A stretch of 64,000 bases of DNA from Gammaproteobacteria bacterium (GTDB lineage Bacteria > Pseudomonadota > Gammaproteobacteria > Ga0077554 > Ga007554): positions 1,400-65,399 of the forward strand of contig JACPOZ010000013.1 of NCBI GenBank assembly GCA_016191235.1. The letters are read 5' to 3'. This document shows positions 48,467 through 57,274 of this stretch, one piece after another (the stretch's first letter is position 1; every line of letters begins with the position of its first letter). Position numbers and translations under genes: made by a program. Below the pieces are notes generated by a model. The model searched no databases and was not told where the DNA came from. It was given only the letters and a program-made list of their open reading frames with translations.

Positions 48467-49168
48467 TTACAGCCCCATTATAAAAAACAGCGCCCCCTGC
48501 ACCATATTCACCACAGGCAGCATGATAGAGCCGAGCACCCCTGTTGCCAGCAGCCCGAGCAGGATAAAAAAACCATACGGTTCGATGCGATTGAAGGTAT
48601 AGGCGGCGCGATCCGGCAACAGGCCGGACATTACTCGCCCGCCATCCAGCGGCGGCAGCGGCAAGAGGTTGAGCACCATCAGCATGACATTGATGGAAAT
48701 GCCCGCGCTCCCCATATATACCAATGGCCGCGCCAGCCAGTCGAGTTGTCCGCCCAGCACCAGCCCCAGCTTCATGACCACCGCCCAGAATATCGCCATC
48801 AGCAGGTTGGCGGTGGGTCCCGCCAGCGCCACCAGCGCCATGTCGCGTTTGGGGTTTTTCAGGTTTTCCCATGTCACCGGCACCGGCTTGGCCCAGCCAA
48901 AAAGAAAACCGCCGAAATAGAGCAGCAGGGCAGGCACCAGTAGCGTGCCTACCGGATCAATATGCTTGATGGGATTGAGGGTCAGGCGGCCCAGCATCCT
49001 CGCCGTGGGGTCCCCAAAGCGTTGCGCCACCCAGCCGTGAGCGACTTCGTGGACGGTGATGGCAAATAACACTGGCAGTGCCCACACCGCCAGGCGCTGC
49101 ATTATATTTAGTTCTTCCATAGGCAGAGTATAGCTGTTTTGAGGGGGTTGCTGTAATTGTCCAGACAA
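48467..49168 (-). CDS. site-2 protease (M50) family membrane metalloprotease
   Basis: HEVAHGW (HExxH) in the first TM helix and several further hydrophobic helices. The true start may be one of the internal Met codons (MEELNIMQ…). Confidence 0.75.
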   Translation of the reverse strand: MSGQLQQPPQNSYTLPMEELNIMQRLAVWALPVLFAITVHEVAHGWVAQRFGDPTARMLGRLTLNPIKHIDPVGTLLVPALLLYFGGFLFGWAKPVPVTWENLKNPKRDMALVALAGPTANLLMAIFWAVVMKLGLVLGGQLDWLARPLVYMGSAGISINVMLMVLNLLPLPPLDGGRVMSGLLPDRAAYTFNRIEPYGFFILLGLLATGVLGSIMLPVVNMVQGALFFIMGL

Positions 49169-49204
49169 TCAAAGGGATTAATTATCCTGGCAATAACTCC
49201 TAGA

Positions 49205-49828
49205 TTAAGTCTCAAAAGGCGCCGCATCGCCCAGACCGTGTCGGGCAACGACAGGGACTCCTTCGGTGAATTCCACCACCGTGGTAGGTATGGAACCGCA
49301 ATTGCCGCCATTGATAACGAGATCGACCTGATGTCCAAGCGTGTCATACATTTCCTGCGGGTCGGTCATGGGCATGTCGTCGTCCGGCAGGATCAGGGTG
49401 GAACTCATCAGCGGCTCCCCCAGCTCTTTCAATATGGCCTGAGCAATCGGGTTGCCTGGGATGCGCAAGCCGATCGTTTTACGCTTGGGGTGTTGCAAGC
49501 GCCGGGGAACTTCATGGGTTGCCTTGAGGACAAAGGTATAAGGGCCGGGTGTGTGCGTTTTCAGCAGCCGGTATGCGGCGTTATCCACCATTGCATAGGT
49601 GGCGATTTCAGAAAGGTCACTGCAGACGAGGGTGAAGTTATGCTTCTCGCCCAGTTTGCGTATCGCCCGGATGCGGTCCATCGCATTCTTGTTGCCGATT
49701 TGGCAGCCCAGGGCATAACACGAATCGGTTGGGTAAATAACCACACCACCGGCGCGGATGATGTCCACTGCCTGCTTGACCAGGCGTGGTTGAGGATTGT
49801 CGGGGTGGATTTCTATAAATAGGGCCAT
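49205..49828 (-). CDS. yciO: YciO / Sua5-YrdC-family threonylcarbamoyl-AMP synthase-like protein
   Basis: MALFIEIHPDNPQPRLVKQAVDIIRAGGVVIYPTDSCYALGCQIGNKNAMDRIRAIR… is collinear with E. coli YciO. Confidence 0.85.
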   Translation of the reverse strand: MALFIEIHPDNPQPRLVKQAVDIIRAGGVVIYPTDSCYALGCQIGNKNAMDRIRAIRKLGEKHNFTLVCSDLSEIATYAMVDNAAYRLLKTHTPGPYTFVLKATHEVPRRLQHPKRKTIGLRIPGNPIAQAILKELGEPLMSSTLILPDDDMPMTDPQEMYDTLGHQVDLVINGGNCGSIPTTVVEFTEGVPVVARHGLGDAAPFET

Positions 49829-49941
49829 ATATAACCATACAGTGACGGGACAGCTTCGTGCCGGTACAATATCACGATAACGCTGTCATCCCAAATGTGG
49901 CCGGGCATTAATGCCGGCATTACAGGAAACCAAACCCAAGC

Positions 49942-50511
49942 ATGAAGATTCTTTTTGATTTTCTTCCTATTTTTCTTTTCTTTGTCGCCTATAAGTTGTA
50001 CGGCATCTATACCGCGACAGTCGTGGCGATAGTCGCATCGTGCCTGCAAGTCGGCTTCTTTTGGCTGAAACATCGCCGCGTTGAAATGATGCACGTGATT
50101 ACCATGGTACTCATCGTCGTGCTGGGTGGCGCAACATTGCTGCTGCAAGATGAGACCTTTATCAAATGGAAACCCACCGGGGTGAACTGGCTGTTTGCCG
50201 CAGTCTTCCTCGGCAGTCTGTTCATCGGCAAAAAGACCATGCTGGAGCGCATGATGGGCGCCAATGTTGCGCTGCCCAAGCTGATCTGGTCGCGCCTGAC
50301 CATGAGCTGGGCGATATTTTTCTTCGGTCTTGGCGTGCTCAACCTCTATGTCGCCTACAACTTCGATACCGATACCTGGGTCAATTTCAAGCTGTTTGGC
50401 ATGATGGGACTGATGTTGGTATTTGTCATCATGCAGGCCATCTACCTCTCGCGCCACGTTCAACCCGCAGCGGAACCGGTAGCGCAGGATTCCACTAATA
50501 AGGAGGGTTGA
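49942..50511 (+). CDS. yciB: intracellular septation protein A
   Basis: [26 protein letters not shown]… and five TM helices. Confidence 0.9.
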   Translation: MKILFDFLPIFLFFVAYKLYGIYTATVVAIVASCLQVGFFWLKHRRVEMMHVITMVLIVVLGGATLLLQDETFIKWKPTGVNWLFAAVFLGSLFIGKKTMLERMMGANVALPKLIWSRLTMSWAIFFFGLGVLNLYVAYNFDTDTWVNFKLFGMMGLMLVFVIMQAIYLSRHVQPAAEPVAQDSTNKEG

Positions 50512-50512
50512 A

Positions 50513-50812
50513 GTGTTATACGCCATCATCAGCCAGGATGTGGAAGAAAGCCTGGCGCTGCGCATGTCCGCGCGTCCTGAACACCTCAAACGTCTGGAGG
50601 CGCTGCGTGATGCAGGGCGCCTGGTGATCGCAGGCCCCCATCCTGCCATCGACAGCGAAACCCCTGGCCCCGCCGGTTTTAGCGGCAGCCTGGTGATTGC
50701 CGAATTCCCTTCCCTGGAGGAGGCGCAGGCCTGGGCAGATGCGGATCCTTACGTGGCGGGGGGTGTTTACGCCCGCGTCATCGTCAAACCCTTCAAGAAG
50801 GTCTTGCCCTGA
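50513..50812 (+). CDS. yciI: YciI-family protein
   Basis: 99 aa with …[22 protein letters not shown]….DPYVAGGVY… pattern. Confidence 0.8.
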   Translation: MLYAIISQDVEESLALRMSARPEHLKRLEALRDAGRLVIAGPHPAIDSETPGPAGFSGSLVIAEFPSLEEAQAWADADPYVAGGVYARVIVKPFKKVLP

Positions 50813-51096
50813 TGTCGAATCCCGGCCGCATCGCCATGATCCGCGAACGCCTCACCACCGCGCTGTCTCCCATCAAAGTGGATATCATCGACGACAGCCA
50901 CAAACACGCCGGCCATGCCGGTGCCAGGGGAGGCGGTGGCCACTTTAACGTCACTATCGTGGCCGATGTGTTTGAGGGCAAGGGACTGCTGCAACGCCAC
51001 CGCATGGTTTACGCCGCTCTTGGCAACGCCATGCAGAGCGAGATACATGCGCTGAGCATACAAGCATACACCCCGCAAGAAGCGCCATCGTCATAG
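50812..51096 (+). CDS. BolA-family protein
   Basis: …IDDSHKHAGHAG…FEGKGLLQRHRMVY…IHALSIQAYTP…. Confidence 0.85.
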   Translation: MSNPGRIAMIRERLTTALSPIKVDIIDDSHKHAGHAGARGGGGHFNVTIVADVFEGKGLLQRHRMVYAALGNAMQSEIHALSIQAYTPQEAPSS

Positions 51097-51133
51097 TCCT
51101 ACGGTGCCGTAAAGCGCTGGTCACCGGCGCCTC

Positions 51134-51676
51134 TTACAACTGTTTATCCCGCAATACCCGCTGTTTCCTCTTCTTCAAATAACGCATGATGTGCCAATGC
51201 CAGACCCCGCGCATCAGCAGGTTGCCGAGTACTGCGCTGCTGACGGAAAGTACCAGCGTGCCGAGCAGGAAAGGGCCTCCGATGGTGTTTAACTGTCCCC
51301 ATAACCAGTCAATCGACATCTCGATTTTGAAGGGATGCTCCGGCATGCGCAGAATCCAGGTACCAATTTTGTAGGAAAAATAGGCGATCGGCGGTACCGT
51401 GAACGGGTTGGTGATGAATGTCAGCGCCACGGACAGCGGCATGTTGACCCGGAACATCACCGCCCCGGCCGCCGCGATCAGCATTTGCACCGGGCCGGGG
51501 ATAAATGCTGCGAACAGTCCCACTGAAACCGCGCCGGGCACGGAGTGCCGGTTCAGGTGCCACAGATTGGGCGCGTGCAGCAGCGCGCCGAGGAACTGCA
51601 AGTGCTTGTGGTCGCGAATCGTTTTGTGATCGGGGACGTAACGCTTGATAAAGCGTTTGATAAACTGTTTTGGCAT
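51134..51676 (-). CDS. DUF2062-family membrane protein
   Basis: A basic N-terminus (…KRFIKRYVPDHKTIRDHK…) is followed by …SVGLFAAFIP.P.Q… and three TM helices. Confidence 0.6.
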   Translation of the reverse strand: MPKQFIKRFIKRYVPDHKTIRDHKHLQFLGALLHAPNLWHLNRHSVPGAVSVGLFAAFIPGPVQMLIAAAGAVMFRVNMPLSVALTFITNPFTVPPIAYFSYKIGTWILRMPEHPFKIEMSIDWLWGQLNTIGGPFLLGTLVLSVSSAVLGNLLMRGVWHWHIMRYLKKRKQRVLRDKQL

Positions 51677-51766
51677 AAATTAATGTAATTCCCACCCTGT
51701 TCGATATAGGGTAGATCGACGCCTCCCTATTTCCGATTATCCACACTTTTGGGCCATAACTAAAGC

Positions 51767-54196
51767 ATGCGCTTGGGTACGCTCGCATTCCTGGCTGGAA
51801 TTCTTGCTTTTCAGCAACTTACTGAGCTGCCGGATCAGCGTTGGTGCCTGCTGTTGGTGCCGTTGCTGCTGGCGGTGGTGTTTAGCAAATGGCTGCGTTT
51901 TCCGGCACTGGTGGCCTGCGGTTTCCTTTGGGCTTTATTTGGTGTGACGGGTTCCCTGTCCATGGGTATTGCGCCTGGCGTGGAAGGTGAAGACGTCATA
52001 GCGGAGGGGGTGATAGCCTCTATCCCCAGCCATTTAGCCGGGAGCGTAATGTGGCGGCCAAAGGATGCCCAAAAGATAGTTGCCACGGACGGTGATGACT
52101 CCCGTGGTCTGCGTTTTGAATTTGACGTTATTTCTCTGCATCAGGGCGCGACACAGCATCCCACGCCTGGCCGTATTTTGCTCAGTTGGCAAGAGGCACC
52201 GCCCGATTTACGGGTGGGGGATACCTGGCGCTTGCAGGTGCGCCTCAAACGTGCGCGCGGGTTGATGAATCCTGGCGGATTCGATTACGAGGGGTGGTTG
52301 TTCCGCCACCACCTGCATGCCACGGGTTATGTCAGGCCAAGCGGCCCTCATCTACGCATAGCCTCGAACGCCGACGGCTATACCATTGACAGGGTGCGCC
52401 AACGGATAGCGGCGGGCATTGCCGCAGCCCTGCCCACCAGCCCCTATGCCGGGATTGTCACCGCACTGACAATAGGCGAACAGCGCGCCATCTCCAGCAC
52501 GCAATGGGAGGTGTTCTCGCGCACCGGGACCACCCATCTGGTGGCGATTTCCGGCTCGCACATCACGCTGGTGGCGGGGCTGCTGTTCTTCCTGGCGCGC
52601 TGGGGGTGGACCCGCCTGGGATCGTTGGCGCTGCGTTGGCCCGCGCCCAAGGCCGCCGCCGTAATCGCCCTGCTGGGAGCGGTTTACTATGCCGCCCTGG
52701 CCGGATTTTCCGTGCCGGTACAGCGCGCGCTGATCATGGTCTTGGTGGTCATGATGGGGATATTGTTGCAGCGTAACCGCGCACTCAGCCACACCCTGGC
52801 GGTGGCGCTGCTGCTGGTGCTGGTGTATGACCCGCTGGCGGTCATGGAGGCGGGATTCTGGCTGTCGTTCGGCACCGTGGCGCTGATCCTGTTCGCCATG
52901 GGCAATCGCCTGGCGCCAGAGGGGATGTTGATCGCCATCCATGGCGATCACCCTTCGGGCGTGCTGCGCACGACTCGTTTCGCTCCTGTCGAAACGGTGT
53001 GGTGGAAGTGGGGGCGGTTGCACTGGCTGATTACCATCGGCCTTGCACCGGTGATGCTGATCCTGTTCCAGCGTGTCTCGCTGATCTCACCTGTGGCAAA
53101 TTTTATTGCAGTGCCCTGGGTGAATGTGCTGGTGGTGCCCCCTGCGCTGGTGGGCGCGTTGCTGACGCTGATATCACCGCTTCTGGGAGGCTGGGTGCTA
53201 GCATTGGTGGATCTCGCCGTGGCGGGGCTGTGGCCGATCCTGAAGTGGCTTTCCGATCTTGATGTGGCGCAATGGACGCAACATGCCCCGCCGTGGTGGG
53301 CGCTGTTGCCGGGATTGGTGGGCACCGCCCTGCTGCTTGCGCCCAAGGGGTTGCCGGGGCGCTGGCTGGGGGTGGTGTGGCTGCTGCCGATGTTTTTCCT
53401 GCCCATTCCCAAGCCCGCCACTGGGGAGGTATGGTTTACCCTGTTGGATGTTGGCCAGGGGCTGGCGGCGGTAGTGCGCACGCGTGATCACGCGCTGGTG
53501 TTTGATACCGGCCCGCGTATCAGTCAAAGTTTCGATACCGGCGAGGCGGTCGTCACACCGTTTTTGCGCGCTGTTGGTGTGACGCAGCTTGATACGTTGA
53601 TCGTCAGCCACGGCGATAACGACCACATCGGTGGTGCGCAATCAATTATCAAAGAGATGGCAGTCAAGAGCGCGTTGACGGGTGTTCCGCACCAGATGCG
53701 GTGGGCGCGGGCGCAACAGTGTTCGAGCGGGCAAGCGTGGCGCTGGGATGGGGTGGAGTTTCAAATCCTCAATCCGCCCGCTGATATGGCCAGCGACGAC
53801 AACGATGGTTCATGCGTATTGCGCATCACCAACGCGGCAGGCAGTGTTTTGATCCCCGGCGACATCGAAAAAGGCGCGGAACGGCGCCTGCTCGACATCA
53901 CGCCCGACGCTTTGTCGGCACGCATCCTGGTTGCGCCGCATCACGGCAGCAAAACCTCGTCCACCCAGGATTTTCTGGATGCCGTGCATCCGGATTATGT
54001 GCTATTTCCCGCCGGTTACCGCAACCGCTACGGTCACCCCAAGCCCGAAGTCGTGGCGCGTTACCGGGCCATGAATGTGCATATGTACGACTCCGCGCAG
54101 CACGGCGCCATCACATTCAAGCTCGATGCGCATGGCAAGATTGCGCCGCCGGAGACCTACCGCCAGTCGGGGCGGCGGTATTGGCATGCAGGTTAA
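51767..54196 (+). CDS. comEC: DNA internalization-related competence protein ComEC/Rec2
   Basis: 809 aa with an OB-like N-terminus, a polytopic competence domain (…THLVAISGSHI…) and a C-terminal metallo-beta-lactamase (…VSHGDNDHIGG…). Confidence 0.9.
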   Translation: MRLGTLAFLAGILAFQQLTELPDQRWCLLLVPLLLAVVFSKWLRFPALVACGFLWALFGVTGSLSMGIAPGVEGEDVIAEGVIASIPSHLAGSVMWRPKDAQKIVATDGDDSRGLRFEFDVISLHQGATQHPTPGRILLSWQEAPPDLRVGDTWRLQVRLKRARGLMNPGGFDYEGWLFRHHLHATGYVRPSGPHLRIASNADGYTIDRVRQRIAAGIAAALPTSPYAGIVTALTIGEQRAISSTQWEVFSRTGTTHLVAISGSHITLVAGLLFFLARWGWTRLGSLALRWPAPKAAAVIALLGAVYYAALAGFSVPVQRALIMVLVVMMGILLQRNRALSHTLAVALLLVLVYDPLAVMEAGFWLSFGTVALILFAMGNRLAPEGMLIAIHGDHPSGVLRTTRFAPVETVWWKWGRLHWLITIGLAPVMLILFQRVSLISPVANFIAVPWVNVLVVPPALVGALLTLISPLLGGWVLALVDLAVAGLWPILKWLSDLDVAQWTQHAPPWWALLPGLVGTALLLAPKGLPGRWLGVVWLLPMFFLPIPKPATGEVWFTLLDVGQGLAAVVRTRDHALVFDTGPRISQSFDTGEAVVTPFLRAVGVTQLDTLIVSHGDNDHIGGAQSIIKEMAVKSALTGVPHQMRWARAQQCSSGQAWRWDGVEFQILNPPADMASDDNDGSCVLRITNAAGSVLIPGDIEKGAERRLLDITPDALSARILVAPHHGSKTSSTQDFLDAVHPDYVLFPAGYRNRYGHPKPEVVARYRAMNVHMYDSAQHGAITFKLDAHGKIAPPETYRQSGRRYWHAG

Positions 54197-55071
54197 AGCT
54201 TCTCCCCCCAGCGCAACTTGGTGCGCAGGATTTTATAGTGGTCGTGATCCGCCGGGTGAATGAGCCGGATCGGGCAAGCATTTCTCCTGATATGGATGTG
54301 ATCGCCCTCGAACAGGTCGAAATTCATCTGCCCATCGCAGGTAAGCTGCGCCCGCTCGTGATTGCAGTCAGTAATGACGACATCAATCTGGCTGTCACTG
54401 TTGACGACAATCGGGCGGCTGCTCAAGGTGTGAGGGCAGATCGGCACCAAGGCGATTGCGCAGAGTGTAGGATGAAGAATCGGCCCGCCCCCGGACAGCG
54501 CATACGCGGTAGAGCCGGTCGGCGTGGCGACGATAAGTCCGTCGGCGCGCTGGCTGTTGACGAACTGGCCGTTGATGTAGGTCTCAAATTCAATCATGCG
54601 TGCCATGTTCCATTTGTGGACAACTACATCATTGAAGGCGCAGCTTTCATTGATTTCTTTGTCGCCACGTTTGATGGCGCTGCGTAGCAGGCAGCGCTCT
54701 TCCAGCAGGTAATGCCCGCGCAGGATTTCCGCCATTATTTCGATCATACGATCGGGAGAAATATCGGCGAGAAAACCCAGCCTGCCGAGATTGATGCCAA
54801 CCAGGGGAATGCCGGTATCCGCCAGCGAGCGCGCGGCATTAAGCAATGTGCCGTCTCCGCCAATGACAATCACAAGATCGCAGTGTGTGCCAATGATCTG
54901 GCGGCTGGCGGTTTCTATTCCTTGTCCGGCAAAGGTTTGGGCAGTAACTTCGTCCAGCATAACCCGTAACTCCTGCGCTTGCAGGTAGGCGCTAAGAGTG
55001 CTGAGCGTTTCATTGACGCTCGGGTCGCCGTATTTCCCAATCAGGCCGATGGTAGTAAATGCCAATGGCAT
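54193..55071 (-). CDS. nadK: NAD+ kinase
   Basis: …DLVIVIGGDGTLLNAAR… and …ATPTGSTAYALSGGGPI…. Confidence 0.95.
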   Translation of the reverse strand: MPLAFTTIGLIGKYGDPSVNETLSTLSAYLQAQELRVMLDEVTAQTFAGQGIETASRQIIGTHCDLVIVIGGDGTLLNAARSLADTGIPLVGINLGRLGFLADISPDRMIEIMAEILRGHYLLEERCLLRSAIKRGDKEINESCAFNDVVVHKWNMARMIEFETYINGQFVNSQRADGLIVATPTGSTAYALSGGGPILHPTLCAIALVPICPHTLSSRPIVVNSDSQIDVVITDCNHERAQLTCDGQMNFDLFEGDHIHIRRNACPIRLIHPADHDHYKILRTKLRWGEKL

Positions 55072-55184
55072 GACGTTTTTTTGCTCCCTGCTTGAAAGAT
55101 TTTAATGAGCGGCAAAGTTATCATGACCGGCATACGGGTGCCAACTGATCATTTGATGTTATCTATACCAACAACCCCCCTATT

Positions 55185-55222
55185 TTTTCGTGCCTTTCGT
55201 GCCTTTCGTGTTTTTCGTGGAT
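55185..55222. repeat. four tandem 9-bp units containing TTTCGTG
   Basis: TTTCGTGCC TTTCGTGCC TTTCGTGTT TTTCGTGGA. The last 17 nt (TTCGTGTTTTTCGTGGA) also occur at the outer end of the 61.4-kb inverted-repeat arm. Confidence 0.8.
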
Positions 55223-55298
55223 CACGTCTTCCCACTGGATGTGCGTCACATTGGCCGCACGTTTTCTTGACAGGCTGGGGTGGGAATTGGTAGTGTTT

Positions 55299-55325
55299 CT
55301 GGCACTCGTTTGGCATGAGTGCTAA
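55299..55325 (+). promoter_or_regulatory. CIRCE operator (HrcA binding site) upstream of hrcA
   Basis: CTGGCACTC-GTTTGGCAT-GAGTGCTAA versus consensus TTAGCACTC-N9-GAGTGCTAA, with 16/18 arm positions matching. It is preceded by TTGACA (55266..55271) and a weak -10 (TAGTGT). Confidence 0.8.
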
Positions 55326-55446
55326 TATTGGGGTGCTGGCTGAAATTTAATTATTATTAATAAGTTGCTGTCGCCTAATGAGGCATTGCAAGAGATTTTT
55401 ATCAGTAGGGGTATGTTTGGCGGCCCAATAATCAGTTGGTTGAGAT

Positions 55447-56535
55447 GTGACACAAGAGATCGGCGAACGCGCGCAGCTTATATTAAAGACCCTGGTTGAA
55501 TCCTACATTCGTGAGGGGCAGCCGGTAGGGTCGCGCCTGCTCGCGCGTGATTCCGGGCTGGATTTGAGTCCGGCGACGATCCGTAACATCATGATCGACC
55601 TCGAAGAATTGGGGATGGTTGCATCTCCGCATACCTCGGCGGGAAGGATCCCCACGGCCAAGGGCTACCGTTTGTTTGTGGATGCCTTGCTTACCGTCCA
55701 GCCGCCAGACAGCGGCGACATGGTGCGCCTGAAGAACCAGCTTAATCCCGGTGTCAGTGCGGAAAATTTGCTGGAATCGGCGTCCTCGATGCTGTCGAGC
55801 ATTACGCGCATGGCGGGCCTGGTGATGGTGCCGCGTCGTGAGCATACCGTACTGCGCCAGATAGAGTTTCTGCCCCTGTCGGGAGACAACCGTGTCCTGG
55901 TGATCGTGGTAATCAACGGTCATGAGGTGCAAAACCGAGTCATCCAGCCCCGGCGGCGCTATTCGGAATCCGAGTTGCAGCAGGCGGCAAATTATCTGAA
56001 TACGATGTTTGCCGGCAAGGATTTGCCTACGATCCGGAATTGCCTGTTGTCCGAGATGGGCGCGGCACGCGAGACCCTGAACGGGATGATGCAAACCGCC
56101 GTCGAGATGGCGGAAGAGATCTTCGCCCCTGTGCCTTCCGACGCGCAGGGGCGTGCTAGTGCCGTGGGAGGCAGGATGCCGGGGGCGGCTGAACCCGGCT
56201 ACCTGCTTGCAGGGCAGACTAATTTGATGGATTTTGCGGAGCTGTCGAGTGTAGACAAGCTGCGCCAGCTCTTTGAGGCATTCAATCAGAAGCGTGACAT
56301 GCTGGATTTGCTTGACCAGTGTATGCGCGCCGAAGCGGCGCAGGTGTTCATCGGCGCGGAATCCGGCTACAAGGCGCTGGATGAGTGCAGTATCGTGACC
56401 GCCCCTTATGAGGTCGAGGGACAAGTAGTAGGGGTGCTGGGGGTGATCGGCCCGACCCGCATGGCCTACCATCGCGTGATCCCCCTGGTTGACGTGACGG
56501 CAAAATTGCTGGGAGCGGCCTTGAATCAGCGATAA
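55447..56535 (+). CDS. hrcA: heat-inducible transcription repressor HrcA
   Basis: …LKTLVESYIREGQPVGSRLLARDSGLDLSPATIRNIMIDLEELGMV… with a GTG start. Confidence 0.95.
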   Translation: MTQEIGERAQLILKTLVESYIREGQPVGSRLLARDSGLDLSPATIRNIMIDLEELGMVASPHTSAGRIPTAKGYRLFVDALLTVQPPDSGDMVRLKNQLNPGVSAENLLESASSMLSSITRMAGLVMVPRREHTVLRQIEFLPLSGDNRVLVIVVINGHEVQNRVIQPRRRYSESELQQAANYLNTMFAGKDLPTIRNCLLSEMGAARETLNGMMQTAVEMAEEIFAPVPSDAQGRASAVGGRMPGAAEPGYLLAGQTNLMDFAELSSVDKLRQLFEAFNQKRDMLDLLDQCMRAEAAQVFIGAESGYKALDECSIVTAPYEVEGQVVGVLGVIGPTRMAYHRVIPLVDVTAKLLGAALNQR

Positions 56536-56602
56536 TTGCCCATATTTGGAACTTGCCTGTCCGCGCGGCAGGCTTCGTTTTTAGCCTACGGGAGAAGTAA
56601 AA

Positions 56603-57157
56603 GTGACAAGTACCGAGAACCTTTCTCAAGAAACAGCGCATCAAGCGGAAGGCGCACAACCGGAGGCTGCCGCTGAAACGGTGTCGTATGAGCAACTGGC
56701 GCTGACCCTGCAGGATGCGCAAACCAAGGCGGATGATTACTGGAATCAATTACTGCGTGTCCGCGCGGATATGGAAAACCTGCGCCGCCGTGCCGAGCGA
56801 GACCTGGAAAACGCCCACAAGTATGCGCTGGAGCGATTTGTCGGCGAGTTGCTGCCGGTGAAGGACAGCCTGGAGATGGGGCTGGTGGCGGCCAGCGACG
56901 AGACGGCGGACATCGTTAAAGTCCGCGAAGGACTCGAGCTGACAGTGAAAATGATGCAGTCGGCCGTGCAAAAGGCAGGCGTGCGGGAGATCGATCCGCA
57001 GGGTGAAAAATTCAATCCGGAATTGCATCAGGCCATGACCACCCAGGAAAACGCGGATGTGGAACCCAATACGGTAGTGGCTGTGTACCAGAAGGGCTAC
57101 CTGCTCAATGACAGAGTGGTCCGCCCGGCGATGGTAGTAGTGTCCAAAAAACCTTAA
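56603..57157 (+). CDS. grpE: nucleotide exchange factor GrpE
   Basis: …YWNQLLRVRADMENLRRRAERDLENAHKYALERF… with a GTG start. Confidence 0.95.
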   Translation: MTSTENLSQETAHQAEGAQPEAAAETVSYEQLALTLQDAQTKADDYWNQLLRVRADMENLRRRAERDLENAHKYALERFVGELLPVKDSLEMGLVAASDETADIVKVREGLELTVKMMQSAVQKAGVREIDPQGEKFNPELHQAMTTQENADVEPNTVVAVYQKGYLLNDRVVRPAMVVVSKKP

Positions 57158-57171
57158 CCCGCTCCTACAAC

Positions 57172-57200
57172 CTTGAAATCACCCTGAAAACCCCAATTTA
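57172..57200 (+). promoter_or_regulatory. sigma-32-type heat-shock promoter upstream of dnaK
   Basis: CTTGAAA (57172..57178), then a 12-nt spacer, then CCCCAATTTA (57191..57200). The consensus is CTTGAAA-N13/14-CCCCATnTA. Confidence 0.6.
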
Positions 57201-57274
57201 AGCAGACATACGTGGCGGTTTCTAGCCCGCCTGCTGAGCAATTTATAGAAAATTCATACTGGAGATAGAGAAAA

